64,000 nt of DNA from an uncultured archaeon (lineage in GTDB: Archaea; Micrarchaeota; Micrarchaeia; Micrarchaeales; CABMGC01), in the NCBI GenBank assembly GCA_963787445.1, contig CAWBCT010000005.1:256001-320000 (forward strand), read 5' to 3'. The notes under the pieces were generated by a model. That model did not search any database. It was not told the DNA's origin and was given only the letters and a program-made list of their open reading frames with translations. The position numbers and the translations under genes were made by a program. Position 1 is the first letter of the stretch. Each line of letters begins with the position of its first letter. Positions 33,734 through 41,577 of this stretch are shown piece by piece.

Positions 33734-34531
33734 TTAGCTGAAGGTGAGCGACTGGGTTGCGGAGCAGCCCTTTAGGAACATGGCATTGACGGTCAGGCTT
33801 GTCGGGGTGGAGGCGGTTATGTAGGTGGTCGCTGTGCCGTTCGCATTCGAGAGAGTATAGGAGGGGGCGATCACGCCGAGAGCGCTCGAGGAGGTGAAGT
33901 TCACCGTCGCACCGGCTATGGTGGTTCCGCCGTAGGCTATTATCGCGGTGAGCATGTCGGGGGTGCCGTGCACAGGGGTTGCCGTTGCGGCGGTGAGGCC
34001 GATGCTGCAGGTGGAGATGGCGGTGTACGGGCCTGTGCGGGTTGAGAAGGTGCCGTTAAAGCTCTCAAGGACGTTTGCGGTGCAGCTTGCAGTCCCGATC
34101 TGGGTGCAGACGGTCTGGTTGTAGACCATGAAGCCGGTGAGGGTTGTGCCTATGGTGAACGGGCTGGCACCTGTTGCGTTGCAGATTACCGAGCCGCCGC
34201 TTAGGACGAAACCCGGGCCGCAGCGGGTGCGGATGTTGCCGTAGGAGCTGACGTTGATGTATAGGGTGGGATTGACTATCGCATAGTCCTGCCCGTTTGT
34301 TATGAATACCTGGTAGATGGAGTTCGCGGTGTTGGAGGTTATGACTATGTCGCTGCACGGGACTGCGACCGAGAACGTGCATTGGGAGGGCACGGCAACA
34401 AGCAGCTCGTTGAGCAGGAAGTAGACCACCGCCATGGCGCCGACTATTATTATGATTGCCCAGCTGTAGGTGGTGAGAAATTCCACCGCGGACTGGCCGC
34501 GCAGGGCCTTGCTCTGAGCCTCGTTGTCCAT
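33734..34531 (-). CDS. Type IV pilin-like surface protein with Ig-like C-terminus
   Basis: Class III signal LRG/QSAVEFLTTYSWAIII. Confidence 0.85.
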   Translation of the reverse strand: MDNEAQSKALRGQSAVEFLTTYSWAIIIIVGAMAVVYFLLNELLVAVPSQCTFSVAVPCSDIVITSNTANSIYQVFITNGQDYAIVNPTLYINVSSYGNIRTRCGPGFVLSGGSVICNATGASPFTIGTTLTGFMVYNQTVCTQIGTASCTANVLESFNGTFSTRTGPYTAISTCSIGLTAATATPVHGTPDMLTAIIAYGGTTIAGATVNFTSSSALGVIAPSYTLSNANGTATTYITASTPTSLTVNAMFLKGCSATQSLTFS

Positions 34532-34584
34532 CGCATCCTATCGGGACTAAGTCCTTTTAACGCTTTTGGAATAGCGAGAAGTAT

Positions 34585-34605
34585 GTGGGCCCGGAGAGAT
34601 TTGAA
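34585..34605. repeat. Duplicated tRNA-Ile 3' end (att-like), T-loop to past discriminator
   Basis: Identical to 35161-35181. Confidence 0.9.
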
Positions 34606-34612
34606 TCTTTTA

Positions 34613-34990
34613 TTATTTTCTGCTCTCTTTATTCTCAATTCTTTTTACAAATTGACAGTTCATACAAAGAACTTGATATCTGTTTGGATAGTTATTGTTT
34701 CTAAGCCACCTGTAAAATGGGTGTCCTGACGATAATGTGTTTCCTAATTCCTTGCGTTGCTCTGCACCATTCCCGTACACATGATCAATTGTTAATACTC
34801 TTATGTCTATTATTGGGCTTTCTAAAGGAAAATATTTGTGATGGAGTGCACATTTGATATTATTATTACTATAATGCATTAAAACTTCTTTTTTAACTTT
34901 TATAACATATTCTTTGTGAAGAGAATGACGGTGTGTAGCAGTTCTAATACGATATTTCTTCATGTAAGCTCTTTTGTTTTCCAATTCCAT
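34613..34990 (-). CDS. HNH-family endonuclease-like protein
   Basis: LTIDHVYGNG...FYRWL.NNNYP..YQVLCMNC, phage-type HNH motif with basic N-terminus. Confidence 0.8.
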   Translation of the reverse strand: MELENKRAYMKKYRIRTATHRHSLHKEYVIKVKKEVLMHYSNNNIKCALHHKYFPLESPIIDIRVLTIDHVYGNGAEQRKELGNTLSSGHPFYRWLRNNNYPNRYQVLCMNCQFVKRIENKESRK

Positions 34991-35109
34991 CACTTCATTC
35001 TTCTAATTATAACATAGTCTCCATTCTTTATTTTGGAGCTCGCAGGTATAGTTATCAAGAGTTGTCCATTAGACTTATTTTTCCAAACTTTCATTATTAT
35101 TCTCTCCAT
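34990..35109 (-). CDS. 39-aa AbrB/MazE-like DNA-binding peptide
   Basis: Manual translation MERIIMKVWKNKSNGQLLITIPASSKIKNGDYVIIRRMK*; GQLLITIP and GDYV motifs; TGATG overlap with HNH start. Confidence 0.65.
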   Translation of the reverse strand: MERIIMKVWKNKSNGQLLITIPASSKIKNGDYVIIRRMK

Positions 35110-35161
35110 ATTTTAATATTAATTAATATTAAACTAAATACTTTTCTATTGAATGTTTAGG

Positions 35162-35298
35162 TGGGCCCGGAGAGATTTGAACTCTCGGCCTCCCGATTTC
35201 CGCGTTGAAAAGAATCAACACATATCAGTCGGGTGCTCCAACCAGACTTTCAGCCTTGCACAATAATCTAAGTTACTGTACAAGAAAGCTACGGGCCC
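35162..35298 (-). tRNA. tRNA-Ile(GAT) with two introns: 37 nt at 13/14 (35249-35285) and 25 nt at 37/38 (35198-35222)
   Basis: Removing both gives GGGCCCGTAGCTTAGTCTGGTTGGAGCACCCGACTGATAATCGGGAGGCCGAGAGTTCAAATCTCTCCGGGCCCA. Confidence 0.92.
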
Positions 35299-35365
35299 AC
35301 TTCTTTTACTCAGAAGGAGCAGTAGTATTTAGTAATAAAAACCTCTTTATGCATATCGTATGTGA

Positions 35366-36856
35366 TTATTCCGCATGCGAAGTAACCTTGTTTACGATGC
35401 AGTAGCCGTTCATAACCCCATGCAATATATTCGGGTTGGCAAAGTAGGTGACAGGCAGATATTTCCAAGCAGATTGTGAGGCACAGTTGCTGGATATGAT
35501 GGATGAGTAGGGCACTACGAAATAGAAGTCCACCAATGAGTAGGTGCTGTTTGAGAGCAGGTAGGGGATTGTGGTGTTGTAAACCAGGAAGGCCGTGCCG
35601 TTAGAGTAGAGATACTTGGCATAGACCGTGCTGGTGCTCCCCAAGAACTCAAACGTTGCGCTCGCCGTGCCGGGGCTCTGCAAAGACTCCGGAAGCGGGG
35701 AGCCGGCGTAGCCAACATAGGCCAGAATGGATGCGCTGAGCGTGTTATTCTCTATTGTCAGCGTTGTGCTGGTGCCGCTTCTGGACACGAATGTTGAAGG
35801 ATACCCTGGAAGCGTGAGCAGTGAGGTCTGCAGACCCGCCATTAGCGATGTGGATCCCGTACTGTATCCAGTATTCAGCAGGTAGGGGGAAACGTAAACC
35901 ACGTTCGTATAATTTAGGGTGAGAAGCAAATAGGCAAAAGAGAACGCGATCACAGCAGCCAGGAAGGGCGTCATGTAACTCGCTCTTGCCTGGTTTTTCC
36001 TTTGGCTGCGCTTGAGTTCAAGGCCGTATCTCTTGAGGAGCAGCACCATCAGGACTATCACTACATAGAAGACGATTATCCCTGCAAAAAGGTGCAGAAG
36101 GGACAGGGCGGAGCTTGGGCCGTAGGCTATCCAGAGCGCTGCAATAAGGCTCATCCTGGCAAGGTTGAGCACGAAGAATAGTACAATCGCGCTGAGGATC
36201 CACAGCGCTTTGCGTTTTATCTCTCCGTCAAAAAGATAGGCCAGAGGCAGAAGCAGCATCACCGTCGCCAGGAGAAGGCCCACTCCTACGCAGCTCTCAC
36301 CGATTCCTATCCTATAACCGGCTGCAAGGATGGTTATTGGCGGGGAGTAGGCGATGTGCGGGACTGCTGTGCTGAGTATGTAATAAACAAGCCGGGTGTT
36401 AGCCGATGCGAAGGCGGCGTTTAGGTTTAGGAGTGGCGTAAGAAGCAGCGGTGAGGCGAAGAGCGCATAGATTAGAAGCGGCGCGAAGCGCTTGAGGGCT
36501 TTTGCCCCGAATATCAGGCATATCAAAGAGGCCAGAAGGATCGGCATCAGCAGGAGGTCAACTCGGTAGCTGAAGAAAAGGTACGAGAGTGTCAAACGCA
36601 GGAAAAAGTACGCAAGCAGAAAGGCGGCGAAAAGCCCTATGCCTATTGCAAGGTCCTGCGCCTGGGCGTCCGCCTCCGGCGGCTTGCGCAGGTAGAACAG
36701 CGCAAAAAGAGGCAGCATCAGCAGAGGTATGACTGCGTAGGTGGATGGGTCGGTGTCGCTGATGGTGAGCGGCGTCAGGAAAAGGGAGCTCGCGAGCACC
36801 ACGGCCATGAGCACCGCAAGCAGCAGAACTCCGATAGTTGCGCGATCGTGCCTCAC
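35366..36856 (-). CDS. Exosortase/archaeosortase family protein
   Basis: Multi-TM with ESCVG (Cys), NLAR (Arg), LHLFAG (His) triad; extra C-terminal soluble domain. Confidence 0.8.
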   Translation of the reverse strand: MRHDRATIGVLLLAVLMAVVLASSLFLTPLTISDTDPSTYAVIPLLMLPLFALFYLRKPPEADAQAQDLAIGIGLFAAFLLAYFFLRLTLSYLFFSYRVDLLLMPILLASLICLIFGAKALKRFAPLLIYALFASPLLLTPLLNLNAAFASANTRLVYYILSTAVPHIAYSPPITILAAGYRIGIGESCVGVGLLLATVMLLLPLAYLFDGEIKRKALWILSAIVLFFVLNLARMSLIAALWIAYGPSSALSLLHLFAGIIVFYVVIVLMVLLLKRYGLELKRSQRKNQARASYMTPFLAAVIAFSFAYLLLTLNYTNVVYVSPYLLNTGYSTGSTSLMAGLQTSLLTLPGYPSTFVSRSGTSTTLTIENNTLSASILAYVGYAGSPLPESLQSPGTASATFEFLGSTSTVYAKYLYSNGTAFLVYNTTIPYLLSNSTYSLVDFYFVVPYSSIISSNCASQSAWKYLPVTYFANPNILHGVMNGYCIVNKVTSHAE

Positions 36857-36870
36857 GGTTGCACCATTTT

Positions 36871-36928
36871 GTCCTCCGTCGATATAGGCTTCATCAAGTA
36901 TCAGCAGTTACTCTTGTCTTCACAGGAC
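36871..36928 (-). ncRNA. C/D box guide sRNA (double guide)
   Basis: GTCC-TG-TGAAGA(C)-12nt-CTGA(D')-TACT-TGATGA(C')-12nt-CGGA(D)-GGAC; terminal stem; TTTATA about 25 nt upstream. Confidence 0.75.
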
Positions 36929-36976
36929 GGTATTTATACTCCTTACGCCTATAAAGACTTTATCTTGGGTTTGGAG

Positions 36977-37417
36977 ATGGAGAAGCGATTCAGGTACATT
37001 CCACACACGGCGGACATAGGCTTCATAGCCTACGGCAGGACTTTCGGCAAGGCTATTGAGAGCTCAGTCTTGGCCATGATAACCATCATGTTCGACATGA
37101 AGAAGCTGGACAAGCACAAGGCGAGGGTGAAAAGCATCACGATAAAGGAGAAGGCCAAGTCGGAGGAGGACCTGGTGTGGTTCACCTTGCAGAGGGTTTT
37201 GCAATCAATCCAGATTAAATCACTAAGTCCTTTGGAATTCAAGGTCGGGTCAGTCAAGAAATCAAAAGAGGGCCTGCAACTAAGTGGAAAGCTTCTTTAC
37301 GCGGCTACGGACAGTGAAAAGTACGGTTTGCTGGAGGTGAAGGCAGTAACGCCGCACGAGCTCTCGGTAACCAGGAAGGATGGCATGTTCAGGATAAAGG
37401 TAATCGTCGATATTTGA
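36977..37417 (+). CDS. Archease (RtcB cofactor)
   Basis: FRYIPHTADIG..AYG, EVKAVT.H, C-terminal IVDI. Confidence 0.93.
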   Translation: MEKRFRYIPHTADIGFIAYGRTFGKAIESSVLAMITIMFDMKKLDKHKARVKSITIKEKAKSEEDLVWFTLQRVLQSIQIKSLSPLEFKVGSVKKSKEGLQLSGKLLYAATDSEKYGLLEVKAVTPHELSVTRKDGMFRIKVIVDI

Positions 37418-37426
37418 TGTGATTTC

Positions 37427-37927
37427 TTGGACGAGAAAGATGTAATTGCAAAGATTAAGGAGCTTGGAAGAAAACTGCCAAAGTTCCCTGATGGAAGAAT
37501 AAATTATAGGGATACAGACTACGCCCCAGTAATAAATGTTTTCATCGCTTATGGCGATGAACTGCTGATGTTCAAGAGAAGTGACAAGGTTGGGACATAT
37601 AAGGGAAAGTGGAATACAGTTGCAGGTTATCTTGATAGGCCAGAACCTCTAAGGAATAAGGCACTTGGAGAACTTAGAGAGGAAACAGGAATCACGATTG
37701 ACGATATATCACTTCTGATCCAAGGGGAGCCTCATGAGGATTATGACGAGGAAATCTACAAGACCTGGCTCGTTTGCCCCTTCCTAGTTGAACTCACTAA
37801 GAAACCAGATGTGAAACTTGACTTTGAGCACACAGAGTGCAAGTGGGTGAAGGTTAATGAGCTTCATAAATTAGATCTGGTGCCTGGAATGGAACAGAGC
37901 TACAGGATGCTTTTGGGTAAAAAGTAG
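37427..37927 (+). CDS. NUDIX hydrolase
   Basis: AGYLD...ALGELREETGI, EHTECKWV. Confidence 0.9.
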   Translation: MDEKDVIAKIKELGRKLPKFPDGRINYRDTDYAPVINVFIAYGDELLMFKRSDKVGTYKGKWNTVAGYLDRPEPLRNKALGELREETGITIDDISLLIQGEPHEDYDEEIYKTWLVCPFLVELTKKPDVKLDFEHTECKWVKVNELHKLDLVPGMEQSYRMLLGKK

Positions 37928-37929
37928 GT

Positions 37930-38460
37930 TTAAACATCAAGCTCTTTTAGGATGAAGTTTACTCTTTCCGGAACTGGAAGTTTGGGCACTGGAACTATCT
38001 CGTATCCAGAATCAACATATGCATTTTTCATATGCCTAGTTATTGTAAGCGCCAGGCTAAAGGGCTCCTTGCGCTCAGCATCGTTGGCGTATATCTCTTC
38101 CCATGGCTCTGTAAAGAATACTTTTTTGTTGAAACGGTATTTTTTGACAGTCTCGATAAGGCGTGGGAACGGCGGGATGTTGGAGCTATGGAGATAGCCT
38201 ATGTTGTCCACAAAGCTCCTGTCAAGAAAGCAGATGTCCTCAGATGCCGATAAATACTGCTTAACCTGCCGTTCAAGAAGTAGCTCGTTGAATGAGAGCA
38301 GGTCTATCCACGGAAGGGATTTGCTATTCGCTTCCGTGAGTTCTTTTATCAGTATTCGGCTCTCTTCTGGAAAGCATTTGAACCCTTTCTCCATGAGCCC
38401 GTTGAGTATGGAGGTTTTGCCTCCGCCCGGGGCGCCGGTTATTACAAAGACGTTGCTCAT
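37930..38460 (-). CDS. AAA_28-type P-loop kinase/ATPase
   Basis: ITGAPGGGKT, FLDRS, IYANDAERKE. Confidence 0.85.
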   Translation of the reverse strand: MSNVFVITGAPGGGKTSILNGLMEKGFKCFPEESRILIKELTEANSKSLPWIDLLSFNELLLERQVKQYLSASEDICFLDRSFVDNIGYLHSSNIPPFPRLIETVKKYRFNKKVFFTEPWEEIYANDAERKEPFSLALTITRHMKNAYVDSGYEIVPVPKLPVPERVNFILKELDV

Positions 38461-38467
38461 CCAATCA

Positions 38468-39727
38468 TTAGGTGCCTTCTTTCCAGCTGGACTGGTACTT
38501 TATCTGCTCAGCTGTCTGCGTGTCTATCTTGATTCCCATGGCCTGGAGTTGGAGTTCGGCAATCTGGTCATCTATCTCAACAGGCAGGGTGATCACGTCT
38601 GGCTTGAGAGTGGATTTGTTTTTTACTAGGTACTCGCAGGCGAGCGCCTGGCCGGCAAAACTGGTAGCCATGACCTCGCTTGGGTGCCCTTCGGCGGCTG
38701 AAAGGTTTACGAGCCTGCCTTCGGCGCACACATAGATCCGGTTCTTGCCAATTGTGTATTCGTCCAACGCGGGTCTTATCCTCCTTTTCTTTCCAGCCTT
38801 GTTGAGACCGAGGACGTCTATCTCGACGTCGAAATGCCCGGAGTTCGCGACTATCGCGCCATCCTTCATCAGCTTTGCGTGTTCGGTCGTTATGACATTC
38901 TTGTTTCCGGTCACCGTTATGAATAGGTCTCCGAGTTTTGCTGCATCGGCCATTGGCATTACCCTAAATCCATCGAGCGCTGCCTGGAGTGCCTTGAAAT
39001 TGTCTATTTCGGTGACTATCACATTTGCGCCCAGGCCCTTGCCTCGCAGCGATACCCCCTTGCCACAGCTGCCATAGCCCGCGACCACCAGCGTTTTCCC
39101 TGCTATTAGGACATTGGTCGCTCTAAGAACACCGTCGAACGTGGACTGGCCAGTACCATAATAATTGTCCAGCAGATGCTTCGTCAAGTTGTCATTGACG
39201 GCGATTACAGGGTACTTTAGATCTCCTTCGCGCTTCATCGAATGGAGACGTATTATGCCGGTGGTTGTCTCTTCGCACCCGCCAATTATACCACTTATCT
39301 GCCCTTGATGCTTTGTGTGGATTCGCGTTACAAGATCGCATCCATCGTCAATGGTGATGTTGGGCTTTTGCGCAATTACGTTGTCTATGTAGCGGTAGTA
39401 ATCTTCGACTGTCTCTCCCTTATACCCATAGACGCTGATGCCCTCTTTTGCAAGGGCTGCTGCTACGTCATCTTGTGTGGAAAGCGGGTTGCAGCTCGCT
39501 ATCGCAACGTTTGCACCGCCAGCTCGCAGCGTTTTTACCAAAACGGCGGTTTCCTTGGTCAGGTGGAGCGCCATTCCTATGGTTAGACCCTTGAAAGGCT
39601 TCTCCTTTGCAAACCGGTCTCGTATCTTCATGACTATTTGCATCCTGCTCTCAGCCATCTCTATATTCAGCTTGCCCTGCTCTGCGAGAGAGAGATCTTT
39701 AACCTCATAACTAGCGTTCTTGTCCAT
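38468..39727 (-). CDS. ahcY: Adenosylhomocysteinase
   Basis: SCNPLSTQD, EETTTG, KHLLDNYYGTGQS, GHFDVEID, GHPSEVM. Confidence 0.97.
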   Translation of the reverse strand: MDKNASYEVKDLSLAEQGKLNIEMAESRMQIVMKIRDRFAKEKPFKGLTIGMALHLTKETAVLVKTLRAGGANVAIASCNPLSTQDDVAAALAKEGISVYGYKGETVEDYYRYIDNVIAQKPNITIDDGCDLVTRIHTKHQGQISGIIGGCEETTTGIIRLHSMKREGDLKYPVIAVNDNLTKHLLDNYYGTGQSTFDGVLRATNVLIAGKTLVVAGYGSCGKGVSLRGKGLGANVIVTEIDNFKALQAALDGFRVMPMADAAKLGDLFITVTGNKNVITTEHAKLMKDGAIVANSGHFDVEIDVLGLNKAGKKRRIRPALDEYTIGKNRIYVCAEGRLVNLSAAEGHPSEVMATSFAGQALACEYLVKNKSTLKPDVITLPVEIDDQIAELQLQAMGIKIDTQTAEQIKYQSSWKEGT

Positions 39728-39805
39728 TATATCACAGCGAATTTATTTGGTTACATAAAGGCTAAATAACAATATCTCCGTTGGAAAATTTTACTCTGAA
39801 ATATA

Positions 39806-39876
39806 AGCCAGGAGAGGGAATCGAACCCCCCTTTTCCGCTCTGCAGGCGGACGCATAGCCTATCTGCCATCCTGGC
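39806..39876 (-). tRNA. tRNA-Cys(GCA)
   Basis: GCCAGGA/TCCTGGC, TCCGC-CT-GCA-GA-GCGGA, U73. Confidence 0.95.
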
Positions 39877-39956
39877 GTTATTGTTACTTATTAGAAGATT
39901 CAGATTAACATAACTATTTAAACATAAATATCTACACATATCTGTTGGTGACTTTT

Positions 39957-41096
39957 ATGAAGATAGCATTTGAATCAGTACCCAGTGAATTCGTCTCGGA
40001 AACCTCTTTTTATGATTACAAAGTTCCTGTAACAGAGTCTCTTGCGAGCATAAGCAAGAACGGCTCGGTGGTCGTGACAAAGGATGGCGAGTACTTCGGC
40101 GTGGTGGACAGCAGAACCGTGGGCAGGAAGGGCGTGAAGATAGGAAAGGGCTCCACGATAAGCAAGTTCGCGGTGAAGGTGCCGGTGATCGACAGCAGCA
40201 CGAGCATTGAGAAGGCGGTGTACCTGTTCTACCACTCGGGCTCGAAGGCGCTCCCGTTCTACGAAGGGAAGAAGATAACAGGAATAGTGAAGCGCGAGAC
40301 GATCCTCAAGGCTGTCCTCTCGCTGCACCTGCTTTCAGATTACAAGGTAAGGGAGATAATGTCTACGCCGATAGTTGCGGTCTCGCCGCAAACCCAGGTC
40401 ACCCAGGCGCTCTCGATAATGAACAAGGGGAACATCAACAGGCTGGTCGTCATGAACGGCGACAGGGCAGAGGGGATGGTCACCTACAGGAGCATACTCC
40501 AGGAGACAGGTGGACTTGAGAACCGTTCCGCTGACCGGAAGGACAGGGTGGGAAGGAGCCAGGAGGTGGGCCAGATCATAGAGAACGAGCCGATCTCCAT
40601 AGACCAGGACAAGGGAGTGGACGATGCCATAAGGGAGCTCGTGGAGAAGGATATCTCATGCCTTCTGGTTAGGAAGGTTGGAAAACCGATAGGAATGCTT
40701 ACCATAAGGGACCTCTTTGAGGTTGTCACAAAGGGATCGGCCGCGGGCAGCGACGAAAACATAGTCATCTCGGGCCTCGACGACTGGACAACCGAGTTCA
40801 AGGATGACATCATGGAGGAGCTCAAGAAGCTCGAGGAGAAGATCAACAGGTTCAACAAGCTCGATGTGGAGAGCATAAGCGCCAACGTCAAGAGGCACAG
40901 GGCCAAGAACTACGAGGTAAAGCTCCGCGTCTGGCTGAAGCGCCGGGGCGTCGTCTCAGCGGCATCGTCGGGCTTCACGCTCAACAAGACGCTTGATGAC
41001 ACGATCAGCAAGGTCTACAACTCCATAGTGGAGAAGAAGGAGATAGTCTACAGCGAGCAGCGGGGCTCGCGCGGGGAATACGATGATACCGAGTAG
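39957..41096 (+). CDS. Tandem CBS-domain protein with C-terminal HPF/RaiA-like domain
   Basis: Repeated CBS motifs (VREIMSTPIV, GMLTIRDL), then ISGLD..I..NVK..YEVKLRV..F.L...LDD. Confidence 0.75.
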   Translation: MKIAFESVPSEFVSETSFYDYKVPVTESLASISKNGSVVVTKDGEYFGVVDSRTVGRKGVKIGKGSTISKFAVKVPVIDSSTSIEKAVYLFYHSGSKALPFYEGKKITGIVKRETILKAVLSLHLLSDYKVREIMSTPIVAVSPQTQVTQALSIMNKGNINRLVVMNGDRAEGMVTYRSILQETGGLENRSADRKDRVGRSQEVGQIIENEPISIDQDKGVDDAIRELVEKDISCLLVRKVGKPIGMLTIRDLFEVVTKGSAAGSDENIVISGLDDWTTEFKDDIMEELKKLEEKINRFNKLDVESISANVKRHRAKNYEVKLRVWLKRRGVVSAASSGFTLNKTLDDTISKVYNSIVEKKEIVYSEQRGSRGEYDDTE

Positions 41097-41565
41097 CATC
41101 CGGCAGGAAAAAAGGGGCCAGTCAAGCTTCGAGCTACTGATAACGCTCTCGGTGGGGCTTGCGATCCTCCTTCCGCTGGTCATAATAGCGTTCATCCAGC
41201 TCAGCAACGCGAACATCTCGGCAACGACGATCGAGGCGCAGCAGGCGGCGAGCAAGCTCGGGAGCGTCGCGGGCATACTCGGCAGCGAGGGGGCGCTCTC
41301 AAAGCAGTTCGTCCAGATACAGGTGCCTCCGGGGGTGCAGAACATCTACATCGGGGGCCTGAACAACACGCTGGGCCACTCCATCATCTTCGTGCTGCGG
41401 GCGCCGGGCGGGCCGAGCTACGTGACCGAGTACACAACCGTGAACGTCAGCGGCAACATCGGAAGCCTGGTGAATCCCGGAACCTACCTGGTGAACCTCA
41501 CTGCGCAGGGGGCATGCCCAGCGAACACGAACTACTTCTGCGTGTACATGCTGCCGGTCATATAG
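41083..41565 (+). CDS. Type IV pilin-like protein
   Basis: KRG/QSSFELLITL class III signal. Confidence 0.8.
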   Translation: MIPSSIRQEKRGQSSFELLITLSVGLAILLPLVIIAFIQLSNANISATTIEAQQAASKLGSVAGILGSEGALSKQFVQIQVPPGVQNIYIGGLNNTLGHSIIFVLRAPGGPSYVTEYTTVNVSGNIGSLVNPGTYLVNLTAQGACPANTNYFCVYMLPVI

Positions 41566-41577
41566 CGCAGGGATGCC

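Larger units (their letters stand above)
34585..35181 (-). mobile_element. 576-bp AT-rich mini-element at tRNA-Ile 3' end flanked by 21-bp direct repeats
   Basis: gtgggcccggagagatttgaa at 34585-34605 and 35161-35181; abrupt AT-rich interior with two coupled ORFs. Confidence 0.8.

Noticed and set aside
34585-35181. HNH cassette as a giant third tRNA intron
   Set aside because: The tRNA is already complete before the insert, and the distal copy lacks the GAAC needed to form a BHB helix with GTTC.
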